A DNA stretch of 56,233 nucleotides, filler included, from Bipalium vagum (lineage: Eukaryota): the NCBI GenBank assembly GCA_037834085.1. It is 3 parts of 3 records of this genome, joined end to end, with 100 filler letters (N's around TTAATTAATTAA, not from the genome) between each part and the next. Parts side by side here need not be neighbours in the genome. Positions count along the whole stretch, not along the records: positions 40,629 to 56,233 come from JBBMKC010156801.1; 2 more parts are not named here. One strand, 5' to 3'. Below, piece after piece: positions 40,629 through 51,810 of this stretch (positions are counted from its first letter, which is position 1; each line of letters opens with the position of its first letter). The notes beneath the pieces are model-generated. The model searched no databases and had not been told where the DNA came from. It saw only the letters and a program-made list of their open reading frames with translations. The position numbers and the translations under genes were made by a program.

Positions 40629-43341
40629 TTCATAAATTTATTTATTGTTTTAGTTTTTATTTGATTAAACAAAATTTTACGCTTTTCCAGTGGGCACCCT
40701 GTAGTATAAACCTATTTCATCGGCATGGAAAATTTGGTCTAGAAGATACGTTCCATCTTCAATTATTTTTGGTTAATTCAGCTGAAATTTTTTTTGCAGA
40801 CTTTATCTGATGATGCAATCTCTTTTTTATATTATGAAATGCATGTCTTTTAAGAAACCCTTTTAGCCATCCATCAATAGAAGAAAATTGTCTTATCCTA
40901 TCTTAATTTCCAATGAAATGGCTTATCTTTTTCTCATAACTTTTGACATTATTATCAAAATCAAAATTATATTTTATATTTTAAAAAGAGGAAACGATTT
41001 GTAGCACTTTTATGTTTAATTTTGTAATTTGAAATAAAATTTTATATTTCTTATTTAAACAAAACTTTTAACAAAATAACTTGAAAAAAAGTTATTTGTG
41101 TGACTTCATTGATAGTTATACGATTTTGATAAGTCGTATAACTGTAAATTCGTGTATAAAACATACAAGTAAAAAAGTTGAGTATTATAATTGATGATGA
41201 TAGCTAACAATATTAGGCGATTCTCACAACACACCATGTATAATTGAAAATCGTATAGTAAACTAAGGTTGAGAAGAGTCAATGTATGCCTCGTTAAGAT
41301 CAATTTTTTGAGGAAATAAATTATACATATATATAGTACATAAAATCAAATAAAGGGATTTATGGGTCTTGATTCTTTGTATAAATTGAGAACTGACAAA
41401 GGAAGAATCACAGTCAATGTATGTTGCTTGCCAAAGGCATTCCATGATCTTTATGAATTCGAAGTCTGTGGCATATGTTAATCACTGTGTAATAATGTAA
41501 ATGATTTTTTTTAATTTTACCCATTCTGGATATGAACGAAATTGGAAGAGTCAAGATTTATTCATTACGATTTTCAGGATAATGACATTGGTGAGACTAA
41601 GAGTGTTTGAAGCAAAGTTTATCAACTTGTTGGCATAAAAGTGAAAATACTGTTAAATGAGAGTAAACAATGAACGGAAATTCGATTTCAAGTCTACATA
41701 ATCCATTTCGAGTTGAACCAAACCTCTGAGTATCATTTCAATAATTAGCATTGTCGAACAATAAAAATATAAGTATGAGAACATATTGTACAAGACACAG
41801 CCCCGAGGATATTGAAATGAATGGTTTTAAGCTTAGTAGCTCCTTGCTGATTGTCGGATCGTGGTTCTGAAGCTCCTCTCAAATCAGGTGTTTTCTCTGG
41901 ACTGATGTGTTCAGGGTAAAGTTTATTGCAGTCTACCTCGTTTAGCTTCAGATAGTTGCTGGATACCGCAAATTGTTTTCAAACATCAGAAAGTTTTTCA
42001 TTCTTTTAAGAGGTTGATATGAGTACCATTAATTACACTTGATTTCTCTATACCAACAGCTAAAACAAACCATACGTGTAAAAAGTTTAATTTCCCAAGT
42101 TGTGTATCAATAATATCAAATTCTTATACTATGTTACTGAAATTCATGTATCCTTATTTATATTAAGAAAATATTTTAAAATTTAAAACACTTCTGTTAA
42201 CAGAAGAATTCTCTATCTACACAATAATCGTTGCTAAGTGCTTGCTTTATTTTGTTTAACAAACAATCATTTTCAAGACAAAACCATTAAAATTAACAAA
42301 ATATAATTCAAATAACTCCTAACACTTAGAAATTTTGACAAGTTATGACGAGAATTGAGCAGAGTTATTTATAGTTAATGGAAGCGTAGAATTTACTGCA
42401 CCAAAGTTCAATTAAAGTTTAATTTTAATTACTTAAGTATAATTTTTAAAATTATTGTGGATCAACCCAAACACAGAAAAGATAGTGTGAAGATTTCTAT
42501 TCATATTAACTCCGTGTATGATGATGATATGATTGAAAAACCAAATCATAGAGAATAGCAAGGAACATTTATCCCCACTCTTATCGAAAACGGATGTGGA
42601 CAGAAGGATGGTTTCTTCTAATGATCAAATTACCTAGACGATCATTCGTCCTTAAAGGAAGCACCACGACCACGATTCTAATATTATGCAAAAGCAGCAT
42701 TAAGTCATGAACTCAATTTCATCGAAGTAAACACTCTTAACCGGGGTCGTGTCTGTACTATATTTGAAACTCACAAGTTAGTTGAAGAAACTGAGATATC
42801 TTTAATATTTTGGAAATAAATCACAATGATCTCATTATTTATTAAATTTTGTTAATAATTATTATTTTGAATGCAAGACTAATAATTTTTTATATAGTAT
42901 ATAGTACTATGTAAGTTACGATGTAAGTCATGTATATATATGGTGGTTAATTTTTCGAAAGTTTATAATATTAAATAAAAACAGTTTTATATTTTACTAT
43001 TATTAAAAATTTTCAAAGATTTAACTTAATATTTTCTAATTAAGTTTTCTAATTTTCTATAATTGTAAAAATATATTCTAAATACTTTCTTTAAAATTTT
43101 GATTTTATAAGATAAAAAAGTTATTTGGTCATATAGTTTAGCTTTATTTTAGGAATAAAGAAGATTTTAAAAATTCAGTAAATTAAGTACAGCAAGATGA
43201 CTCTAATGTAAATAATATCAACAAAGTTGAATTTTTAAAATTAAAATATATTTATTAATGATAAAATTTTCTGTCTTGTTTTAAATATTTAAAAATTTAA
43301 AAATATAAATTGGATTACATTAATTTATATAGTTTGAGTTC

Positions 43342-46300
43342 ATGGCAAAACGATTAGCAGATTTTGAAGAAACTGCTAATGATGAAAGTTCAGCAAATAT
43401 TCCAGTTAAACAATTTGTTTCCAGTTATGAACAAATGAAATTTGATAACATCAGATCATATGAAGAATTGGACATGAAAACATTACAAATACAAAACAAA
43501 AAACTATCCGAATGTTTATTGGATCAAAAACAAGAATTAATAAGCTTGAAGGATCGTATTGAACAATTGGAGGATAGACAAGTAAAAGACGATGAGATGA
43601 TGTGTACGGTCAATAGATACTGGAACATGGTATCATAACAGATTGAGATTGTTATATTGATATTAAACTTAATTTAGTTGGATGAGGATTGTCAAATTTT
43701 ATTGAGAAGGTTAGAAGGCGAATCTTGTGGAGGTTTGTTTAAAATAGAATCAAATAAAACATTAAAACTATGTTTGCTTCTACAGTTTCAGAAACGGCGG
43801 AATATTTTTTGAAACAATTGGCCAGCTGGGATAAGGAACAGTTGGAATGCAAACTGAAGGAACGCGTGCATTTTTCCAAGCGAATAATCTCGCGTCTTGT
43901 AGAGGCATTTGAAAAGTATTTTCTGTCACTATTTTACATATACAATTCAATTGTAGAGAAAACAAGCGTTTTGAAAACCTCCGCGTCAAGCTAGTCGAGG
44001 TCTATTCTTGTCTGAAGAGCGAGAAGGCTCTTGGCGAATTAGTCGAAAACATTAAGTTCGAAAAGGTTGAACCAACGGAAAAATCCGAAGCGAATAACAA
44101 CAACAGCTCGACAGAATCAACGGAAATCTCCACAGTTTTTAACTCGATCGGTGAAACTTTGAAGTTTGAGCTCCACAAAGAAAATGTCAGACTGAACAAA
44201 CTGTGTTCTGAGCTGCAGGCTGAACACCACGCGCTCAAATCTGAGGTGATCAATATTCGATTTTTTTCGTCAATTTTCTTATTTTCAAAGAATAAAATTT
44301 CAATAAAAATTCAAATCGATATTTTGACAAATTTAAAAATTAGTGAAAATTATTAGAGATTGAAAATGTAAATGTGAAATCTATTATTACTTTTATTTGA
44401 TTATTTAACCTAATCATATTTTGGTCAAAGAATCGACTAAGATTTAATTTAATTCAACATTATTTAATCCACACCATAAACGTTTCTGCTTATAATCTCT
44501 AATCTTAAATGAGGATCAAATGGAAATAAATGATGTTGATTGGGTGATCAAGAAATTAATAAAAATCAATATTATCTAGTTTTCGAAAAATATGTCCTTT
44601 AGATCTATTTTTCCTTTCAATTTTGTTATTAGAATTAATTAAATTTATCATTGATTATTACTGATTATTCAAAATTTTCGATTACCTTATTGATTAAATT
44701 ATAATTCCAACAATATTCAATGTTTTCTTAATATCGATAATATATTATTGACTTTAAGTCTATATTTTTTGAATAAAAGAAATACAATTATCTTAATTAT
44801 CTATTGATTTTCCATAAATTATTGATTTCTGTGACAGAAATTTGTTACTAATTGAGACAAAGCTGTAGTTTTAAGACATCGTCGATTATTGATTTTCCTT
44901 CGTCCATAATTTACCGATTTTCTCAGAATCTTGAAGTCAAAGACAAAATGGAAAACTGTTCCTTGAAATTGGAAGAATGGAAATCAAAGTATGAGGATAT
45001 GGAATATTGTCTAGCCGAAACCAATCGGGACTACAATCGAATGAATCGATGGCTGACGGAAACCAATGAAAAGAACAAGGCCCTGAAGGATGAGATTTTA
45101 ATTTTCAAAGGCGGAAACGACATGGAGGACGACCCCGACGGTCCATCGGCAGTTGCCAAAAGTAAAGTGAAAGAACTGATGAACGAGCTCGAAGACAGCA
45201 AGGAGTGCGCCGCACGCCGCCTGACAGAACTAGAGAAATTGGAGAAGAAATACCAGGTGGCTCTGGAAGAGGTTACTCGACTGAAATTACAAGTACGGTA
45301 TAGTTAGATCTCTGTCTCACGCACACAATTATTTTGTTCCGTGATAGATGCAAGAGATTCCCGAGACTGTGATTCTGGACTCCGTTCAATACAAGTCGCT
45401 TCATGCCCAGTTCAACATTCTCTACAAAGAGGCCGTCAATATGCAAGCTCAACTGGAAGAAGCCCGGACCACGATTCAAACGAATCGTCAGCACCATCTG
45501 AAACAAATAGAAGAAATGGAGGTTGGACTAATCAAACTTTTGTCTTTAAAATTCATTATTAATTAAGATCAATACATAAAGGCTTTAATAATAATTAATG
45601 TTTATTATTATTTTTGCTTTATTGATTTTCATTTTTATGCAAAAGATTTGGTAGAGCTTATCGACACTCACTTTTACTAATGAATATTGATTTTTTATAC
45701 AAATCTGATGCTTTTGTAGATTGAGAAAGATTGATCGATCGATTGTATGAATGTGTTTATTGAGTGCTTTTATTTTTTCCAGCTGAACGAAAGTCTCATT
45801 CAAAACCAAATGCGCAGCGATATGATGGCCATGAGAGAAGAATATTCCAAGCTTCGAACGGAATATGAAGCACTCGATTTGGAACTCAAGCAGACAATAT
45901 GTCACAATCAACATTCCGTTCCAATTGCCAGTGAAATGAGATCGCTAATCGACACGTTGCGAGTTCAAGCGAATCAAGCGAAAAATGAAGCACAACGATC
46001 AAGAAAAAAATACAAGGAATTACAGGTTGCCTATGACAAGGTCGGTTGTGGTAGTGGTGACGGTGGTTAGGAAGTGAACATATTCAATTATTACTTTATT
46101 ATTTTTATTACTATTATTATTAGTAGTATTAGTATTAGTATTTTTATTATTAGTATAAGTATTATTCTATTATCATTATTATTCCGTGCTTTAGTTGAAA
46201 TTGGATAACGCCAATCTGGAAAAGGAATATTTGGAGACGAAAGAAAAAATGAGAAGAGGTATATTGTTAGGTCTACCGGATCCATCCTTGTGTGATACTT

Positions 46301-48426
46301 CGACAAGTGATGAAGACCTGATTAAAAACCTTCAAGCAGAATTGACGTTAGTTCTCATAATGCAAAAATATTACTAAAATTTGAAAACGTCATATTTTTT
46401 ATTATTATTATTATTAATTTCTTATAAATAATAAATGATTTAAAACTTTCAAAAAAAACCTTTATATTTAAACTAACTTTATATTTAAACTCTTAATTTA
46501 TTAATTTTTTTTATCGAATGTCTATTATTTATAATTGATTAACAAAAATTCAATAAAACTGTTTAATTTAAGAAAATCGATTGAAAATTCTGTTGCCTTG
46601 GCTTTTTAAAATATTTGTGCATCTGTTTTTTGAGACCCAAAGACTTGACAATTATTTTGATTTTTTACTATTCTCCTGTTACAGCTCAACAAAAGAAAAG
46701 CTGAAAGAACTGACTTCTCTGTTGAGTGCCTTCCAGAACTTTTCCAAAGAACAGCGTGACAAAGCCCAATTGATGGCATCGGAAAATGCTTTACGGACTG
46801 AAAGTCAATTTTACAAGGAAGAGGTTGTGAGACTGAAAACCAATCTCGAGAAACGTTTGCACGAGCCTGATCCAGATCAGTTGAGACGAATCAGGAAGAT
46901 GGAGGAAACTTTGAAAGATTACCAGCAAAAGCTTGCTCTGGCCAAGCAGCAGGAGGATGCAATGATCAATGACAGCACGGTAGGATAGGAGATATTGATT
47001 TTTTTTAAAAATTTGCGATATTTATTATAATAGAATAATAAAGTGTAAAAACGATCGACAAGAGCTAATCAGAGAGATTGAGCATACTTAATAGAATCAA
47101 TCGAACTAATTTCGGTTTATTAAATTTTTAATTTTCTCATAAATTTTTATGCAGAAATATTTTTTTTCTCACCTGCCTTTTAGAGATGATGTTACTGTTT
47201 TGTAAACCTTAATTTGATTTGTCAAACTGAAGTTATATATTGATTGATCAATAAAATTTAAAATGAAAAGAAATAGATTAGAAAAAAGGATCAATGATAA
47301 TTATAATAATAATTATTTTATTATTTATTGATTACTATTATCATTATCATTAATATCTTTATTAGTATTAACTTAATTAGAACATAATTATTATAATATT
47401 CTTATTACTTGATATTTTCATTTTCGTCATTATTTTATTATTATTTATTATTATTACTATCATTATTATTTTATTCATTATTATATTTTTATTGATTATT
47501 TTATTTTTTTACTATTATTATTATAAAGTGTGTTCATGCAGGTAACGATTCAAGCGTACGAGGACGTGCTGGAACAGAACAGCCGGTTGATCCAGACACT
47601 GAAAGAAAAGGACGAGAACAATCTAAAGCTTATGACCGATCGGATGAAGGCCAATCAAACGACAAAGCTGCTGAAGGAAGACCAGCAGTTGGCTGAGGAT
47701 CAGATCCGCATGTATAAGACGCAAATTGAAGCTCTCAATCGCTCGCTGATGAAGCAAGAGGAGAAGGAGCGCCTGTTCCTGAACAACCTCAACACTCTGG
47801 AAAAGGAGTCAACTGCGCGACAGCAGGCATTAGAGTTGCACAAGCGCAAAGCGATGGAATATCAACAGACTGCGGAGGATTTGCGGATGAATCTCCAGAA
47901 GTACCTGAGTCAGCTCAAGGAGTCTCAGACTTCACTGCAGGACAAGGCCTCGGCCCAGGCCCGAGAATCGTTCAAGCACCGGCGCATCAAGGAGGACCTG
48001 ATGATTCTCAGACGCAAATACGAGCGCATCAAGAAGCTCGAGCACTCCAACAACACCGATGAGGTGCTACTAACTGAGATCCAGACTTATAAAGTAAGTG
48101 AGCGTTGTGACAAACACCGCAGGTGGTCTTAGTGATGTAAAAACGATAGTGTTTTTATTGATTTATCGATTTAAACTCGTTTTTAAGAATTCTTTAGATT
48201 TTAAATTTTAAAAATATTCTTCTTTTACCGATTTTCTCATCTTTTTAAGGACCAGCTCACTTGTTCCACTTGCAAATCAAATAAAAAGGACGCCATTCTC
48301 ACAAAATGTTTCCACGTGTTCTGTCTGAGTTGTCTCAAAACTCGGTACGAGATGCGGAATAGAAAATGTCCCAAGTGCAACGCCACTTTTGGGGCCAACG
48401 ATTACCATCATATATATTTGACATGA
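43342..48426 (+). CDS. Bre1: E3 ubiquitin ligase Bre1 (RNF20/RNF40 ortholog; histone H2B monoubiquitylation), 911 aa. Exons 43342-43629, 43678-43732, 43786-43915, 43957-44245, 44927-45292, 45348-45521, 45783-46040, 46195-46346, 46685-46979, 47542-48093, 48250-48426
   Basis: The N-terminal [19 protein letters not shown]...VNRYWNMLDED and coiled-coil [31 protein letters not shown] motifs match Bre1. The C-terminus is a C3HC4 [60 protein letters not shown]. All introns are GT-AG with consistent phase; exons sum to 2736 nt. Confidence 0.95.
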
Positions 48427-49584
48427 TTTTTTAATCTTTCTTTCTCTCTCTATCTCTGTTTTTGTATGTCTGTTTTGAGTTGTTCTCTGTATGTGTTTGC
48501 GCCTGTTTAAATGATTGTACGTTTTCTGAAATTAATTGTATATAATAACCATAATATAATTAATTGCCTTATCAGAAAGCTCAATTTTCCAAAAAAATCA
48601 ATTATCGGAAAATTTTTTATAATTAAAAATTTTGAGATAACATTGAGCTGATAAATTGACTTCAAATGATGTATAATTAGTGAGTTGATTTGTTTTTGGG
48701 TAATATTTTAGACAGTGTTCGGAGAGGGTCGTTTTATTATTAAAAATATTTTGTGAAAAACTTTAAGGAAGAAAATAAACTTAAATAACTGTGGAAGTCT
48801 AATAAGATGAAGTTGATGAAAATTTCACAGGAAATTGGATTTAAATCTGTAATTTGAGATAGCCAGTCTAAATTATTAATATTTTTGATTTGTTACTATT
48901 TTATATTTTGTCAAAGTAACTTTCGCTCGTTGATCAGTACTCCTCATTTTAATAATGTTGTGCTCGTAATTCTATTGTTTCTTTACAAAGCTCGAATCAA
49001 AACTCACACAAGCAAACCTTATCCACGAATTGTGTGAATCGAAACACTCACGATAAAACTTCATTGAAAATCCACTCACAGCTTGATGTAACAACAAAAT
49101 TCACTCCGTAAATCACCCCAATAAATATTAGTAAGTCAATATTCAAAATGTCAAATAATAGTCACCAAAATAATGATAAAGACAAGGGGTCCCCGCATCG
49201 TCCTGTAGGGGTTCCAAAGTTCACTGGGAAGTCTTTTTGCGATGGTATATCCACTTGTTCGAACCTTGAATCAGAAATTGGGAATTCGGTCGGTTGAATT
49301 CTTTAAAATAGCGTCCCTTTGAATCTGTTAAAACCGTGTAATCGTCTTATCGTTTTCCTTTCTTTAAAAAAATTGTTGCCTGAAATCGTTGTTTGGGAGC
49401 GCATTTCTGGGAATAGCCGTCTCTTTATGTAGCCGTAGGGATTGGGCTACGATCACCAATTTCTACGCTTCGAGACGGTTATTCGAGTCTCTTATTACTA
49501 TCTTTGTCTGTACGCCAAGAAAAAAGGAATTAATAACTCCCACAACGGATTTCAATTTCCAATTCACACTTTTCACAACTTCGA

Positions 49585-49647
49585 CGCTTTATTACATGCG
49601 CATGGGCTGCTCTAACTGCTGAGCTACACCCCCCGACTAATTTTCAA
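49585..49647 (-). other. tRNA-Ala(CGC)-like 5' half (acceptor strand, D-arm/A-box, anticodon region) preceded by an inverted-repeat arm
   Basis: Minus strand TTGAAAATTAGTC-GGGGGGTGTAGCTCAGCAGTTAGAGCAGCCCATGCGCATGTAA resembles the eukaryotic tRNA-Ala start GGGGRTGTAGCTCAG...CGCATG. No T-arm follows. Confidence 0.6.
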
Positions 49648-49719
49648 TATATCTCTCAATTATTATTATTATTATATTTTTTATATCCATTTTTTCATGA
49701 ATTCTACAAAGATTTCGAA

Positions 49720-50300
49720 TACCATGTTCGGCAAAAAATACCCAAACCACTCTTTTTTTAATCCTGTTTTACTGTTCCTGTCATACATGCAGCAGAATAA
49801 CGTTCATTAGGAAGTCTTTTTACACGTTTTGAGTGCTTAAAGTGTACGGTAACTCGTCTGATCATAATACTTTTTTCCAATCTTCTACACTCTAACTCAG
49901 ATGTTCTTTTGCTCATGTCAAACTTCTTTGCTGATTAAACAGAGGAAAAAGGTTTTCTCACTTGAAAATGAGAGTAATAGTCAGATTCATGTAATTTGTT
50001 CGGGTGGTTTGTGGTGAAACATTCATTCTCAGATCTGCTTTGATGGCTTTGGTCGAAATAATTTGAACAATTACTGCAATAGAAACAATGTTTTGATCAT
50101 CAAAAATGGTTGCCTTGCTTTTCCTTACACTGCTAATCTTGCGTTTGTAAGTGGAAATTTCTTTGAATTATTTCAAAAAATTAGCAATTGACGACTAAGC
50201 TATTCCAATTTTCTTTGATATTCTCTAACTGACAATTCAAAATCTGAAAATGCCACAATCTGTCCTTTTTGAAAATCCGTTAGCTTCACCTTTTTATATA
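49720..50300 (-). mobile_element. Tc1 transposase N-terminal relic
   Basis: FQKGQIVAFSDFELSVRE (HTH) ... AKEHLS*SVEDWKKVL*SDE. Confidence 0.75.
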
Positions 50301-50689
50301 TATTCATAATCTGAACTATTTGAAATTACACAAAATTTTAATTTACAAAAAAGCTTAGCTAAACAAATACATAATTTAATCAATTAAATTTTATGTTAAA
50401 ATATTTATTATTATATAAAATTATTATAGGAAAAATATTAAAAAGAAAATTACAATAATCATATATGAAAAATAAAGTGATCGGATTTTTTTGTGCGTAT
50501 TGTAGGTGGTAAGCATTTAGAATCTATCAAAAATATTGAAGTTACTTAAATAAAATTTTGCACGCAAAGTAATAATCATATTTATTCGGATCTCTAGTTG
50601 CCCTTTTGTATACATTTAACTACTCATACAGATGTGTTTCAATATTTCTTTGCTCATTTGTCATAATATCTTTGAATTTGTTATTTACC

Positions 50690-51240
50690 TATTACTTATG
50701 AAAGATACGATTAGTTTGAATATCCTAATTTTTGCTTGCTCTAGAATAAATTGATTCAAAACTTGCTCGAAACTGTTGAATTTTACAGTGTGACCCGATT
50801 TTAACTTATAAAAGGGTCTGACAAGAAAGAAATTATTGATCAGCTTTAGTTTTCAGATATAGAGTGAAAAAGCCGATTATTTATAATCGGATTCGAGAAA
50901 TTTCATCTGATACAACAAGTTTCTTCAATGTGGCAAAAAATGAAAGATCTGTCGAAATTAATAACAAATTCAAAGATATTTTTAGAGATGAACGAAAAAA
51001 TAGTGAAATATGAGAGGCTAAATTTATGCAAAGAACAATCATTCTGTTTCAAGAGCAAATTATATTCGAAAGATTTGTAACAGATTCGTTCCTAGATGAT
51101 GACTAGAAAACTAACCTGTGAAAATAATCTTCGTCTGCTAGATGTAGTCGGATCAATCTTTTTTATTGAATATGATTACAAGACAGCATCTCTCTTACTC
51201 TAAGAGAGTCAAAGAAATGGTTTTCGAAAATAAAACTTTA
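50690..51240 (+). mobile_element. Possible mariner relic
   Basis: Degenerate HTH and CARWVP-like pieces; weak. Confidence 0.35.
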
Positions 51241-51810
51241 GAAAAATAATTTTATAATTAATATTAATATAACTATATTAATTTTACATATGATAAATCA
51301 ACTAAACTTTGAAAATCAAACCAATTTGAATAAATTATATAATTTCTACTCAAATTCTTCTCTTTCATCTATGTAATTATTTAAATGAAATGGCATTATT
51401 TTTATTTGACCTTCTCTGATTATTTTTCTGGGTTAGATTTCATGACATTGAATCATTTAAATAGGTCATCTCAAATCATATCACCCTTTTACCTAATGAT
51501 TGGTAATTTTAATTTTACATTATTTTCTATTGACCGTCAGCACAGTAGATTGTACTTTGAACCCATTTATTGAACTCTTATATTTTGCAAATATATAATT
51601 TCTTAATATTTTCATTTTTTGACATTATTCAACTGAGCTGATAGGACAATATTTAGTTAAATAAGACGAAAGTGGTGACAAACAAGGAAAAGACAATTTT
51701 TCATATTTAATTTTAAATAACAAAAAATTGGAAAATACGATTATTCCAATGTGTTTTCAGGCATTATTCTCAATAATATTATTGAACTTTTTAGCTATTC
51801 CCTCCCGAAG

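Noticed and set aside
41100-42800. Possible Penelope RT and mariner remnants between the second gap and Bre1
   Set aside because: Motifs are too degraded to assign a family without a profile search.
43780-46306. Antisense and alternate-frame ORFs over Bre1 (and 53599-53826, 54023-54358 over ECI2)
   Set aside because: Shadow ORFs of real exons, with no independent evidence.
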